From positions 32,001 to 96,000 of IMG/VR virus record IMGVR_UViG_3300032242_002920: a stretch of 64,000 nt of DNA; one strand, 5' to 3'. The DNA is from a virus. This document shows, in pieces, positions 41,077 to 51,839 of this stretch. The translations under genes and the position numbers were made by a program. The notes below the pieces were generated by a model. That model worked only from the letters and a program-made list of their open reading frames with translations, searched no databases and had not been told where the DNA came from. The stretch's first letter is position 1, and every line of letters starts with the position of its first letter.

Positions 41077-41434
41077 ATGATTCCGTATCATCTGCGACTC
41101 TGCGCACTACCAAATCCACAAACCCTTTAGAGTCTGCTAGGCGCGAGTCTGGTTTATAAAAACGAAGAGCAAGAGCAGGTTCTAGTCCTGATGCCCAAGC
41201 TTCGTCTGCAATCTTTTCCATACGAGTTACTAGAGTGGCCTTAGCGGGCTTCTCAGCATCTCCAGTGGTTTTGCATTCAAATAGCATACCACCCACTCTG
41301 GCGCTACCAATCTTTACATCGCCTTGATCATGATCTGCCGCGCCGGAACTAGGAGAACGCTTGCCTTGATAACACTTAGCAATAAATTCTTCATGTTCTA
41401 CTGAACGGGCTTTATTAGTACCTTTACGAGCCAT
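41066..41434 (-). CDS. Hjc-like PD-(D/E)XK endonuclease/resolvase
   Basis: HEE...SSGA...GDV...FECK. Confidence 0.7.
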   Translation of the reverse strand: MARKGTNKARSVEHEEFIAKCYQGKRSPSSGAADHDQGDVKIGSARVGGMLFECKTTGDAEKPAKATLVTRMEKIADEAWASGLEPALALRFYKPDSRLADSKGFVDLVVRRVADDTESYGD

Positions 41435-42503
41435 CTTCAATCACTTCTGCCGATGGTTTTACATTTGTGATAGGACCGTTTTCCTTGACCATGGCCTCAA
41501 GAACTTCTTGACGAAGTTGCTCTTGAACTTTTGGGTTTTCCATAACAAACTTACCAACCGCAGCCTTACCTTGTAACTGGTTCTTTTCGCCGGGAAAAGA
41601 TGGATGCTTGTACCAAGCGCCCGCTGGAGTAATACAACCAAGGCGAGTTGCAATATCAATAATATCCGCGCCCCTGTCAATGCCAACATCGTGAGTAGGA
41701 GTAGTCATCTTGTAATAATCAAACTCTGCGGTACGACGAGAACCTTCGCTAAATTTATTACGAAGAATGGTAGCCTTAAGTCTATGACCCACTTCAGCCT
41801 CTTCCTTGTCCAACTTTTCACGATAAAACTCAGATGCTTTTAATTGAACGCGAATACTGCAACTGTGTTTAAGGGCATGACCGCCGGGAGAGTCAACAAC
41901 ACCGGGCATACGGGCGTTCATCTTGTCACGAATTTGATTGATAAACATGATACCAGTATTATTCTTCCACGCTGGTTGAAGAACATTATGAACTCCCCAA
42001 GTGATTAGACCGGAACGACCGCCTTGAGCGGGTTTGCCGTCAATCTCTGCCTCTGATTCACGCAATAAAGCGCCTACAGAATCAAATAGTACAAAACCTA
42101 CCTCTGGAGCAGCAACAATTTCAGCAAGCATGTTAAATGCCTCCTGACCGTTGTCAGGGCGAGCAATAAGAAGTTCGTTCGTATTTACTCCATGCCTTTC
42201 TGCCCACTTGTTATCAAATCCGGGTTCGACTGCAACAATGGCGCAAACCTTGCCTAGTGCTTGAGCATTAGCAATAGCGTTAAGTCCAATGACGGATGAT
42301 TTGCCAATATCTGGTGGACCAAATACTTCAATAAGATGACCCATTGGCCACCCGCCAATACCGAGCGAATAATCAAGGCTAAGCGAACCTGTGGGAATCA
42401 CATCAAGAGGCCATTCAACATTTCCAGTTGAACCGGCTTTTTCTCCATACTTCTTTTGAAACTTTGCTGCTAAATCTTGTACTGTTTTAGTGTTTGTTGT
42501 CAA
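41424..42503 (-). CDS. recA: RecA recombinase
   Basis: IPTGSLSLDYSLGIGGWP, GPPDIGKS, DSV, FINQIR, PGGHALKH. Confidence 0.92.
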   Translation of the reverse strand: MTTNTKTVQDLAAKFQKKYGEKAGSTGNVEWPLDVIPTGSLSLDYSLGIGGWPMGHLIEVFGPPDIGKSSVIGLNAIANAQALGKVCAIVAVEPGFDNKWAERHGVNTNELLIARPDNGQEAFNMLAEIVAAPEVGFVLFDSVGALLRESEAEIDGKPAQGGRSGLITWGVHNVLQPAWKNNTGIMFINQIRDKMNARMPGVVDSPGGHALKHSCSIRVQLKASEFYREKLDKEEAEVGHRLKATILRNKFSEGSRRTAEFDYYKMTTPTHDVGIDRGADIIDIATRLGCITPAGAWYKHPSFPGEKNQLQGKAAVGKFVMENPKVQEQLRQEVLEAMVKENGPITNVKPSAEVIEDGS

Positions 42504-42504
42504 T

Positions 42505-45500
42505 TTATTTCCTTAATATTTCGGCATCATTAAATTTAACACCTTTTGCCGTCTTTGTCAAGCTAAATATAGCAGGAGTCATTTCTTTCCACAAAAATTT
42601 ATATGTAGCCCAATCTTTGGGAAAAACTACAAATTCAACTGCATCACCTTGGTATTCAATATTAACAATACCCATGGCGCTACCGTCCCTCTTTGTTCTT
42701 TTTTCATCAATGTTTGCAATTACTCCCGGCAATGAAACGGTTACAGATTCTTCTGCGTACTCAAGTTCTGCATATGAATCACAAGCGTCAATCGCATCTT
42801 GGTTTATTGCAAAGATTTTATTTGTTTCATCGGTTAGAATAACTCCAAGAAGTTGACGTTCAAGTTTCTGTCTTTCAGACAAAGAAATATCTCTATTCTC
42901 GTAGTTATCCCATGCTCCTGCGTCATACAACGTAGGAAGCCTATTCGCTGGGATAGTTTGCCTTGGCGACCGCTGTTTAAATGCAACGCCATCTTTTTTA
43001 GCTTTTTCTTTTGCCCAATCCCATTCGTCCTGTTCTTCATCAATAGCTGATTCAAGTTTTTCAGGAGATGAAATATCATATTTATTGCGAATTTCTACAA
43101 GCCTAGAAGCGGCGGTTTTACCGATACCCTTTACATTGGAAAAACCAAACAAAATTTGATTATCAATTACCGCAATGTCATCTTGAGATTTCAGGATGTC
43201 TGGAGGCATAACGCTAATGCCCATACGACGACCCTCTGCAACATACTCTCCTGCGGAATCGGGGTTGGTTCTAATACATGAAATTAAAAACTCTGCCGGG
43301 GCTTGATATTTGGCATACAATGTTCTAAATGCAATTGTGGCATAAGCGATAGCGTGTGACTTATTGAATGAGTATTTAGCAAAATCCTCTAACTTATTCC
43401 AAATAACGTCAAGCGTTGTTTGATCAATTTCATTCTCAAGTGCAACCTGCACAAATCCACGATTTTCCCATTCGCCTTCACCGTTATATAGAGCAAGCAT
43501 TTGTTCTGGTTTTTTCTTACCAAGAATCTTACGAACGGCATCAGATTCAGAAAGTGAATATCCAAGTTTGTTAAAAAATGCAATTACCTGCTCCTGATAC
43601 AAAAACCAACCATAAGTCGGCTCAAGAATATCTTCAAGAATCGGATGATCGTATGCTACTTTCTCATCTCCATTACGACGACGGATAAATGAATCAGGCG
43701 CACCTGATCGAATGGGACCGGGACGGTTAAGAGAAACAATAATGCCTAGATCTTCAATAGATCGTGGTTTGAAATCTTTGCAAAGTTGACGAGCATAACC
43801 ACGCTCAATTTGAAATACGCCAAGCGTAAGACCCTGATCGAGCATCTCCCACATTTCAATAATATTTTCATCAAGATTAGACCAATCTAATTCTTTACCA
43901 AGTTGATCCTCCCACTCTTGCAGAGTATCAAGGTTACGAAGACCAAGAAGATCTTGTTTGACAAACATTCTTTTGTCAACATCCGTCATTGGAAAACAAG
44001 TCACCTGTTCCTCTTGCTGACGATTCCACATGCAAGGAAGTTCGTCGTTAAGACGTACATCGGCAACAACCACGCCAGATGGGTGAACACCGTATCCCGA
44101 AATGCGAGATGAAATAGTTTCAACAATGTTGAGCCAATCTTTACGACGTTCAGTGTTAGCCCATTCAGCAACCTCTTTGCCAACATGATCCATAACATAA
44201 ACAGTTTTACCCGGATCTACTTCTTCGGACCAACCAACAGAATCGGCACCAAGAATGTCAATATCAGGAACCTTGTCTACAATTTTCTTAAGATCTTCTT
44301 TGTCTTCCCAAGAAATTCCGCATACTTTGTAACTGCGATCAATTGCAGCCTTAGGCTTAAGACGAGTAATGGTACCGATGGTACGAACATTACCTTCACC
44401 CCAACGGTCCTTAAGGTACTGGCGAACGCGTTTGCGCTCTGCAACTGGAAAATCGTTATCAATGTCGGGATAACCATCTTCGCGGCCCGGATTATAAAAA
44501 CGTTCAAAAATAAGACCATACTTAAGAGGATCAATATCGGTGATGCCTAGAGCATAGGATACAATTGCTCCTGCGGCAGAACCACGACCGGGACCGCGCT
44601 TAATTCCGTTCTTGTTACAAAATTCGCAAAAATCCCAAGCCTGCAAAAAGTAATGTTCAAGTCCTGCGTCAATAAATACTTCCATTTCACGGGCCACTCG
44701 ATTCCAAACCTCTTCGCTGGCATTGTCACCGTAACGGTTATTAATTCCTTGTTCGACAAGATCGAAGAAAAGCTCTGTAGCGGAGGTTTCCTCTTTAGTC
44801 CACGGGCAGTCCTTGGGAATAAAAGCAGGGAGATGTCGCTTTACATCCGGAAGTTGAGCATTGCATTTATCAGCAAGCTCAGCAGAGTTACGTAGAGCTT
44901 CATCTACCGCCGATGTTGGTAGATACGAAAGTGATGCGCGAATCTGTGCTTCGTCTTGAATATAAAGAGATTTAGGATGCCACATCTTACGCTCTTCTAC
45001 TGGCATGTAAATGTCTTCACCAGTTTGCATAGCAACAAAAGCATCATGAAGATCATACTGCTCAGGACTAGCAAAGTGGGCATCGGTTGCGTAAATGAGT
45101 GGGATGCCACGCTCTTGGGCCAGACCGACAAGAATCGTATTGAGGGCCATATGCTCCTCGCCGGGATAAGTATGAATTTCGATGTAAAAGTTTTCACCAA
45201 AAATATCAAGGTATTTGTTAAGAGGTTCATAAGGGTCGCCCTTCATAACGCCCTGTGCTACAAGCCCCTGAATGCAGGCAGAAGTGGCAAAAAGACCCTC
45301 GCTGCGATGCTTGAGCATATCCCAATTAACACGACCAACGAATCTATAATTAGTTGATGCATCATCAACAAGTCGCCAAAGATTACGCAAACCTTCGTCG
45401 GTCATTGCACCCGCAATAAAGTGCGCTTGATCTCGCTCTTGTTTAGCAAACTCGGTTTTAGTTCCATGATAAAGCTCGCATCCAAATACGGGTTTAATAT

Positions 45501-45672
45501 CATACTCGGCCATCGTTTTAGCAAACTCAAGGTGGCCACTGACCGTACCGTGATCGGTAATACCACAGCATGAGCAACCGATTTCTTGACATCTAATTGC
45601 AATTTCTCGACACGTTGAAAGGCCGTCTAGGGCGCTATATTCAGAATGATTATGAATCGGTGCAAATGACAA
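42505..45672 (-). CDS. dnaE: DNA polymerase III alpha subunit
   Basis: HNHSEYSALDG PHP domain, GPGRGSAAG, PDIDND, YSFNKSHA. Confidence 0.95.
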   Translation of the reverse strand: MSFAPIHNHSEYSALDGLSTCREIAIRCQEIGCSCCGITDHGTVSGHLEFAKTMAEYDIKPVFGCELYHGTKTEFAKQERDQAHFIAGAMTDEGLRNLWRLVDDASTNYRFVGRVNWDMLKHRSEGLFATSACIQGLVAQGVMKGDPYEPLNKYLDIFGENFYIEIHTYPGEEHMALNTILVGLAQERGIPLIYATDAHFASPEQYDLHDAFVAMQTGEDIYMPVEERKMWHPKSLYIQDEAQIRASLSYLPTSAVDEALRNSAELADKCNAQLPDVKRHLPAFIPKDCPWTKEETSATELFFDLVEQGINNRYGDNASEEVWNRVAREMEVFIDAGLEHYFLQAWDFCEFCNKNGIKRGPGRGSAAGAIVSYALGITDIDPLKYGLIFERFYNPGREDGYPDIDNDFPVAERKRVRQYLKDRWGEGNVRTIGTITRLKPKAAIDRSYKVCGISWEDKEDLKKIVDKVPDIDILGADSVGWSEEVDPGKTVYVMDHVGKEVAEWANTERRKDWLNIVETISSRISGYGVHPSGVVVADVRLNDELPCMWNRQQEEQVTCFPMTDVDKRMFVKQDLLGLRNLDTLQEWEDQLGKELDWSNLDENIIEMWEMLDQGLTLGVFQIERGYARQLCKDFKPRSIEDLGIIVSLNRPGPIRSGAPDSFIRRRNGDEKVAYDHPILEDILEPTYGWFLYQEQVIAFFNKLGYSLSESDAVRKILGKKKPEQMLALYNGEGEWENRGFVQVALENEIDQTTLDVIWNKLEDFAKYSFNKSHAIAYATIAFRTLYAKYQAPAEFLISCIRTNPDSAGEYVAEGRRMGISVMPPDILKSQDDIAVIDNQILFGFSNVKGIGKTAASRLVEIRNKYDISSPEKLESAIDEEQDEWDWAKEKAKKDGVAFKQRSPRQTIPANRLPTLYDAGAWDNYENRDISLSERQKLERQLLGVILTDETNKIFAINQDAIDACDSYAELEYAEESVTVSLPGVIANIDEKRTKRDGSAMGIVNIEYQGDAVEFVVFPKDWATYKFLWKEMTPAIFSLTKTAKGVKFNDAEILRK

Positions 45673-45900
45673 TTAAATTTCTCTTTCTGCGGCTTTTTGT
45701 GTACCAATAATTCCAATAATAACTCCAAGAAGAAAACCACCTTCTTGACCATGACCTTCTTTATCTTGAATCCAATGCATTAGATCTATTTTAGCAGAAT
45801 CATCGAGTCCAAGCGATTCTAACATAATGTCTAATGCGCCCATCTGTTCTTTTTTATCTTCGCCAGTATGGACCGCCTTAAAATCATCAAGGCGGCCCAT
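45673..45900 (-). CDS. Small hypothetical protein
   Basis: ATG 45900 (MGRLDDFK) avoids the long overlap with the upstream gene; stop abuts the dnaE start. Confidence 0.55.
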   Translation of the reverse strand: MGRLDDFKAVHTGEDKKEQMGALDIMLESLGLDDSAKIDLMHWIQDKEGHGQEGGFLLGVIIGIIGTQKAAEREI

Positions 45901-45922
45901 AGCAAAAACGAGATCAGATTTT

Positions 45923-46909
45923 TTAAGTTGCACTTGCCTTGTTAGCAAACCGCTCCTTAAGCCTTTCAAAGGATGCTTGACTATCCTCTGATCCGGCTGG
46001 AGTGCTGCTAGGTGCAGCAGCGGGCTTACTAGCGGCAATTGCTGGCTTGGTCTTACGACCTCCGCCAAAACGCTGTTCAATATGATCGATAGGCGTTACA
46101 AGCTCCTCATAACGATCCTTGTCGGAAAGTTCATTAAGTCGCTTATCAACAAGAATCTGACCAACCATCTGAGCGGCCTCAATGTCACCCTTGGCAACAA
46201 TGTCATCCTTAACCTCATCAAGTTCATCAGCAATATAAGTGATACCGTCAAGATTTTCAAAAAGAGCAGAAAGATCTACTGGCATCTCCATGTAAGGAAC
46301 AAAATCATAGCGAGAATTTACATCCTTGCCACGACGAGTAACTTCAACGGGAAGCTCGCTTAGTGGACCCTGTGACTCATCAAGTGAGCCAAGTGGCGAC
46401 CAAACAAGAAACGCCGATTGAATAATAAGACCAATTGCGGGCTGAGCAACTTCCTCAGATCCAGTTTCAGTCTTACGAGTAAACGTGTCCGTCTTAACAG
46501 TAAAACCAACGGGACGCTTACGACCCTTAACAACCTCAAATTCAGGTTCAAGCTCAAGGGCTACGCCAATACAACGAGTACGAGGTTTATTGCCAAGACG
46601 ATCCTCAAGATCATCATAATTTTCATTTCCTGCAAGTGGATCCTTGCGAGATACAAATGACTCATACTTAGTGTATGTTTCACCATTTGACTTTTCTGCC
46701 GTTCCTACTGGAATAAATTCGTGTAGGTCGGCAACAACAACTGCATTGGGATCGTTGTCTTCAAAATTCGAAAGAACGAGAATGTACTTCTTCTCGCCAT
46801 CTTCGCGCCAACGGATTTCTGGAGCAAAGCCGCGAAGCTTTGTCCCACCCTTTCGGCTAGCAGCTTGTTCAACTGCACCGAGGCCCCTGCGGGGCTGATA
46901 ATTCGGCAT
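45923..46909 (-). CDS. Probable single-stranded DNA-binding protein (gp32-like)
   Basis: Replication operon position; VEVTRRGKDVNSRYDF motif; highly expressed codon usage; AAGGA RBS. Confidence 0.6.
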   Translation of the reverse strand: MPNYQPRRGLGAVEQAASRKGGTKLRGFAPEIRWREDGEKKYILVLSNFEDNDPNAVVVADLHEFIPVGTAEKSNGETYTKYESFVSRKDPLAGNENYDDLEDRLGNKPRTRCIGVALELEPEFEVVKGRKRPVGFTVKTDTFTRKTETGSEEVAQPAIGLIIQSAFLVWSPLGSLDESQGPLSELPVEVTRRGKDVNSRYDFVPYMEMPVDLSALFENLDGITYIADELDEVKDDIVAKGDIEAAQMVGQILVDKRLNELSDKDRYEELVTPIDHIEQRFGGGRKTKPAIAASKPAAAPSSTPAGSEDSQASFERLKERFANKASAT

Positions 46910-46971
46910 ATTATTTCCTTTGTGTTATGGCCTACAATGAGGCTCTTTGCCAATTTACAACTATGAGTATA

Positions 46972-47136
46972 TCACATTTTTTCGTCAAACTCAAGAGATT
47001 TCATTAATTCAACTCTTTCGTCATCAGAAAGCTGCCGAACGGAAGTTTTACCAAAGCGCTTAATAACGCGGTTAATTGCACCGTGTTTTTCAGCGGATAA
47101 AATTTCTGTTTTTTCGACACCTGTGTATTTTCTCAT
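46972..47136 (-). CDS. Small hypothetical protein (54 aa), not in the ORF track
   Basis: MRKYTGVEKTEILSAEKHGAINRVIKRFGKTSVRQLSDDERVELMKSLEFDEKM fills the gap between primase and SSB. Confidence 0.55.
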   Translation of the reverse strand: MRKYTGVEKTEILSAEKHGAINRVIKRFGKTSVRQLSDDERVELMKSLEFDEKM

Positions 47137-47154
47137 ATAAATTATGTGTCCGAT

Positions 47155-48159
47155 CTATGCATAAATGGGGTTATTATAAAGCCCGATTGTTATTTCTGAG
47201 TTTTCAACCATTCTACGCTCACCAACATCGTCTTCCCAAGCTATTTCCATTTCCATAACTGGAATATATCGATCTAGGTATGAAACTAAATCGTCTCGCC
47301 ATTTACAACCAGCCTGATCATTGTCTTGAGCAAGCACCACTCCATGTTGCCATTTTCTAAGCAGTCGCATTTGTTCCTTACTGACAGTTGCTCCAAACGT
47401 GGCAACGGCTGGAATGTTTAAAGATGCTAAATACAAAACAGTTGGTACAGATTCAACAACAACAATTGGTTTTTCACATTGAATAGCCATGTCTAATCCG
47501 TATAAAGTCGTCTTTTTTGGAAAGTCATTTGTATTAGTGTACTTAGGAACCCACTTTGGCCTTTCACCAATCCAACGATTTTGCCATCCAACTAATTTTT
47601 CTTGATGAATATGAGGAAGAACAATTGACTCAGATATAAATTCTTGATCATTTAATTTTCGAATAGTTTTAGTATTTACGCCAAGTCTGTAAATCAATCT
47701 TACGGACTCGCTGATACCTCGTTCTTCAAACCATGGGTGATTAACTTCTTCCCATTGGAGTAAAACATTTCCATTGAACCAAGGTAAAACATCTTCTTCA
47801 GCCTTTTTAATTTTTGGAGATAACAGCCTATTTACTTCTTCTAAAAATCCCTCGTCGGTTTGAAAAATTTTTGACGAAAATTGTTTAAGCCAATCAATTG
47901 CTTGATCTTCTTCGCAATTTCGAATAGCCATTGTAAGAGATAGAAGGGTGCCACCTCCACATACAAAGCAATTAAATACTTTTTTGTCTCTATTGATTGA
48001 GAACTTTCCAGTTCGGTCTCCATTTTTATGAAGATTCCATGGATCGGGACAATGACCGTGATCTTCACCACGGTCATTATATCCAATGGGTTCAAAGCCA
48101 ATGGCAGCTTCAAACTCATCAACGTCTAGAGTCTCAACAATTTTATAATATTCTTTCAC
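47155..48159 (-). CDS. DNA primase (CHC2 zinc finger + TOPRIM)
   Basis: CPDPWNLH...FNCFVCG; VVVES; QDNDQAG. Confidence 0.85.
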   Translation of the reverse strand: MKEYYKIVETLDVDEFEAAIGFEPIGYNDRGEDHGHCPDPWNLHKNGDRTGKFSINRDKKVFNCFVCGGGTLLSLTMAIRNCEEDQAIDWLKQFSSKIFQTDEGFLEEVNRLLSPKIKKAEEDVLPWFNGNVLLQWEEVNHPWFEERGISESVRLIYRLGVNTKTIRKLNDQEFISESIVLPHIHQEKLVGWQNRWIGERPKWVPKYTNTNDFPKKTTLYGLDMAIQCEKPIVVVESVPTVLYLASLNIPAVATFGATVSKEQMRLLRKWQHGVVLAQDNDQAGCKWRDDLVSYLDRYIPVMEMEIAWEDDVGERRMVENSEITIGLYNNPIYA

Positions 48160-48368
48160 TTTTGTTTTGGTTTAGGCAAAGTTTTCATAAGTTTATTTGC
48201 TTCGAGCACAACATCAGAATTTAAATGCTTTCCAGTTTTACCACAGTCGCAGTAAGTTGTCCAAACTTTGCTATTTTTGTTAAGTGTAGCATCTGTTGGA
48301 TGTCCGCATCTGCGACATGACAAAGCAATTTCCATTGCTCGTTCAATTGACCCTTTGTCATTACTCAT
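48156..48368 (-). CDS. Small zinc-finger protein
   Basis: CRRC...CDC; coupled to its neighbours. Confidence 0.5.
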   Translation of the reverse strand: MSNDKGSIERAMEIALSCRRCGHPTDATLNKNSKVWTTYCDCGKTGKHLNSDVVLEANKLMKTLPKPKQK

Positions 48369-49608
48369 CTTCATCAACCGGACCGATCATATCAAAATTG
48401 CAACCGTGTGAAAGTTGCACATTGACCCGCCAATTTTGATAAGAGTAATTACGAGAAGCCAAAGTTCCAATTTCAACCATATTGTTTTGACGCATTTCTT
48501 TGTTAGCCCAAAGGCCAAGCGAAAGAGTTGCAACTTCTTCAATTGCAGACGAACCCTTACCCTGTTGCATCTCAGGCATTGCGGCAGCGTTCATAACAGA
48601 ACGATTAAACTGATGAACAACAAAGATTGGAATTTCATCAGAGTAGTTACGAAGATCATTAACTACCTCAAAGTAATCGCCAGTATTGTTTTGCGCACCA
48701 AGATTTAAACCTTTGCGATTTTCAATGTACTGAAGCTGATCAATAAAGATGCAAGACGCACCTGCATTAATTGCTCGCTCAACCATACGTTGAACTCCAC
48801 GCTCACCCTGCTCTGGTTTTTCAATCCTAAACTGTCCGCGCTCATCCATAAATTTAGAAGCATCCTCTAGGGCCTTACGATCTTCTGGCATAAGACAATT
48901 CTTAAGGTATTTCCAATAAGGAACATTTGCAGCCATGCAACGAAGACGCATATCACTTTCGTTTGCAGGAAGTTCTAACGAGTATAGGTACGGAAAGTGA
49001 TCGTCTTCGGTAGTAATGTTATTAAGAGTCATTTTAATTGTCATCCAACTCTTGTATGTTTTAGGAGCAGCAATCAAAAATGTAACACCTTGCATACCAT
49101 TAAAATGATCATCAATTTCACGAAACCCAAGGCTTGGACCGCGACCCTTAAGCGCCCTCTTGTCGTACATTGCCATTGCGCGATGATAATCGCCCGATCC
49201 AAAAACCTCGCCTCGTTTAAGAGTAAGGTCTGCAAGATCACGACCCGCCTTAAGCATTTCCTTAGACACTGCAAGTGGTTCAATATTAGCGATTTCGGCA
49301 ATATTACGAATTACGTCGCGACCATAAGTACGGATGTACCTTTCGCGCATACGGTTAATAAGGTCGCCAATAACCGTTTCGGGTTCACCAACTTCAACAT
49401 TAAACTCATCATAGATAACGGCAGGGGTGGCTGCGCGACCGTAATCGCGAATGTAATTCATTTGCCAATCAAAGATTTCCTTAATATCTTTATCTTCAAT
49501 CAGGGCAGAATCAAATTGTTCTGCTTGAATGTATCCAATTGATTCTTGATTACCTAGATGGTGAAAAATCTCTTCATCTAAATCCAAAAATGTTGAAGTT
49601 GTATTCAT
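48361..49608 (-). CDS. DnaB-like replicative helicase
   Basis: APKTYKS, SLEL, IFIDQLQY, VHQFNR, SSAIEE. Confidence 0.8.
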   Translation of the reverse strand: MNTTSTFLDLDEEIFHHLGNQESIGYIQAEQFDSALIEDKDIKEIFDWQMNYIRDYGRAATPAVIYDEFNVEVGEPETVIGDLINRMRERYIRTYGRDVIRNIAEIANIEPLAVSKEMLKAGRDLADLTLKRGEVFGSGDYHRAMAMYDKRALKGRGPSLGFREIDDHFNGMQGVTFLIAAPKTYKSWMTIKMTLNNITTEDDHFPYLYSLELPANESDMRLRCMAANVPYWKYLKNCLMPEDRKALEDASKFMDERGQFRIEKPEQGERGVQRMVERAINAGASCIFIDQLQYIENRKGLNLGAQNNTGDYFEVVNDLRNYSDEIPIFVVHQFNRSVMNAAAMPEMQQGKGSSAIEEVATLSLGLWANKEMRQNNMVEIGTLASRNYSYQNWRVNVQLSHGCNFDMIGPVDEDE

Positions 49609-50435
49609 GTAATAGGCCTCGTTTCTCCGTTTGCAATAATTTCCATTTCTTTAAATCCGATTGATTCACGCCTATCGGTTCCTGCTACTTCCTGCCTAAT
49701 TTGTTTTGCAGACAACAATGAATAAGTCCTAGGATATGCAGAATGCAATGTCTCTTGATCCATATTTGTTGTCATAATAGTAGGAAGATTATTATTTGTT
49801 CTATGACGAACAAGAGCCTCTAGTTGAGTTGCAAAAAATGATTTTTGCGCTTCTGATACTGGGGGGATCACTTCGTCAAGTATAACAAATCCTGATTCAC
49901 GAACACGACTGGCGATATAATCCGAATCTTGCCTATCAAATGCTGCAACCATTTCAATAAATGGAATAAAATAAACAGACTGACCCTGCTTGATCAGTTC
50001 CTTGCCAATGTGAGTGGCGGCAAAAGTTTTTCCGGTGCCAAGTTCCGAACTATGAAACTCAAGACCCATGCCTTGTCTAAAAAATTGTTCCCAACTACTT
50101 AAATAAAGATCAACGGTACTTTTAGTAGCTTCGCAACCACTCCATTCGTCCCAATTAAGACGCTGATATTGTTCGCCAATGTTAGCAACTAGATAACGCG
50201 CACGAAGAGCAATTTGTGCATCACATTCGCACTCATGTTCTTCGTTATTGTAACGGTAAATTCCATTGATTCTTTCCCTAACTCCGCCAGAGCCGGGAAT
50301 GACTTCCATCTTAGAATCACAGGTAGGGCATTGATCAAGCGGTTGCTTGCTTTTAGCAAGCTTAGTTGCAAGATCAAATTCTTGGTCCGTTAGATTCTTA
50401 AGTTTGTAAGTTTTACTCTTGAGTGTTATCTGCAC
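49605..50435 (-). CDS. DnaC/IstB-like helicase loader
   Basis: CEC, GTGKT, ILDEV, RTNNNLPTIMTTN. Confidence 0.85.
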   Translation of the reverse strand: MQITLKSKTYKLKNLTDQEFDLATKLAKSKQPLDQCPTCDSKMEVIPGSGGVRERINGIYRYNNEEHECECDAQIALRARYLVANIGEQYQRLNWDEWSGCEATKSTVDLYLSSWEQFFRQGMGLEFHSSELGTGKTFAATHIGKELIKQGQSVYFIPFIEMVAAFDRQDSDYIASRVRESGFVILDEVIPPVSEAQKSFFATQLEALVRHRTNNNLPTIMTTNMDQETLHSAYPRTYSLLSAKQIRQEVAGTDRRESIGFKEMEIIANGETRPIT

Positions 50436-51039
50436 CTAGTACCTCTCCTAAGACGACCTTTAAACGATTTTCAGTAATTTCCAACATATTATCACCATCT
50501 ACAAATAAATTTGTAACAGGGTAAAGCTTAAAAGCGTTAAAAGCGGCTTGGAGATTTTTCTCTAAGTCCTTTACTCTCAGATCTTCAATTTCTCCTACTG
50601 GAGGAAGATAAAAAATATAATCATACCTAAGTGTGTCCGCATAGAGACAAGCAAGCATTCTTGTGACCGCTTCGGTTTTTAATACAAGGTCGTGCTTGCC
50701 TGCATCGTCATCGCTAGTCAAAAGTTGGTATGAACCCTCAAGGCTTTGAGCGGTATACGATGAGGTTTCAAATAACGTACCGCATGAAATAACAGTTTTA
50801 TGATCCTGATATGCGATTCGTTCTGCTGACTCTCTCTTAAGAGCAACGTGCATGTTACCAATATAAGTTCCCGAAAATGAAAGGGCTAAATCAACTTCAT
50901 CTCGAAGTTCATCAATATAATTATCGACCACTGCAACTGGAAGGTGACTTTCGTCATCAACAGCCTCTAGAGCCTTTTTTAAAGATTCTGCCAAGGCAGA
51001 TTTACCCGAACCCGGTACACCTACTAAACCAATTCTCAT
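50413..51039 (-). CDS. P-loop nucleoside/nucleotide kinase-like (AAA_28-type) protein
   Basis: MRIGLVGVPGSGKS; YDYIFYLPP. Confidence 0.7.
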   Translation of the reverse strand: MRIGLVGVPGSGKSALAESLKKALEAVDDESHLPVAVVDNYIDELRDEVDLALSFSGTYIGNMHVALKRESAERIAYQDHKTVISCGTLFETSSYTAQSLEGSYQLLTSDDDAGKHDLVLKTEAVTRMLACLYADTLRYDYIFYLPPVGEIEDLRVKDLEKNLQAAFNAFKLYPVTNLFVDGDNMLEITENRLKVVLGEVLGADNTQE

Positions 51040-51296
51040 TTCATATTCTCTCTTTCGATCATTTGAAGCATAGTAACAGATGCTTCAATATATTGCAAGC
51101 GTTGATTTGAAATTCGTTTCAAATCTTTTGCCCTACGAGCAATTTCTCTAATATCAGACGTAGAAAATTTTCTATCGCCACTTCCATCTCTAGGAAATGT
51201 AAAAAGACCTTTGCGCTCCCAACCTCTAAGGGTAACAGAAGATTTGCCCAAAAATCGAGCAAGATCGGTCACGGTAAAAGAAAACCCGCCCGACAT
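51036..51296 (-). CDS. MerR-like HTH protein
   Basis: FTVTDLARFLGKSSVTLRGWERKG...GDRKFS. Confidence 0.8.
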   Translation of the reverse strand: MSGGFSFTVTDLARFLGKSSVTLRGWERKGLFTFPRDGSGDRKFSTSDIREIARRAKDLKRISNQRLQYIEASVTMLQMIERENMK

Positions 51297-51839
51297 TTAC
51301 AATTCGTCTTCTTTAGCTCTTCTGGGTGCTGCTAATTTAATAATGGGCTTACCCTCATAAATATAATCTTGAAGAATTCCAATCTGTTCGTCTGATAGAT
51401 CCTCTAGTGGTTTAAGCTCTCGTTTTGGCTCTGGCACATGCGTAACCACTTCGTATAACATTGGATAATCTTCTTTGAAACGTTCGTCGTCAAACATGAC
51501 TGAACCCGCAACAACTTGTTTTTGATAAACCATACCGTCATCAGGATTAATGAAAGTGAAGGGCATATACTCTGGATTTTCTTTCAATCTAACATCAAAC
51601 CCATTATCAACTTGAGTAGCCGAAAGAGGCGTCCAAGTAGGATACAATTTTTCAGCTTGAGAAATTGCATCAGCAAGCGAGTTGGCATCTACGTTAACAA
51701 TTTTTTCTGCTAGTGTAGAATGACGCTCCGTCGCAATTTTAAAAAATTCTGCGCGGTATTGAGTTTTTGCTTTATCCCATTCTTTAGACCTAGAGTAGGC
51801 CAAACCAAGTTCTTTTGTAATTTCTTCTAATTTGTTCAT
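51297..51839 (-). CDS. Hypothetical protein
   Basis: 180 aa ORF with GAGG RBS, coupled within the operon. Confidence 0.6.
   Translation of the reverse strand: MNKLEEITKELGLAYSRSKEWDKAKTQYRAEFFKIATERHSTLAEKIVNVDANSLADAISQAEKLYPTWTPLSATQVDNGFDVRLKENPEYMPFTFINPDDGMVYQKQVVAGSVMFDDERFKEDYPMLYEVVTHVPEPKRELKPLEDLSDEQIGILQDYIYEGKPIIKLAAPRRAKEDEL

Noticed and set aside
42505-45672. Inteins or introns in dnaE, recA or nrdJ
   Set aside because: Lengths are normal and no intein terminal motifs or frame breaks were seen.
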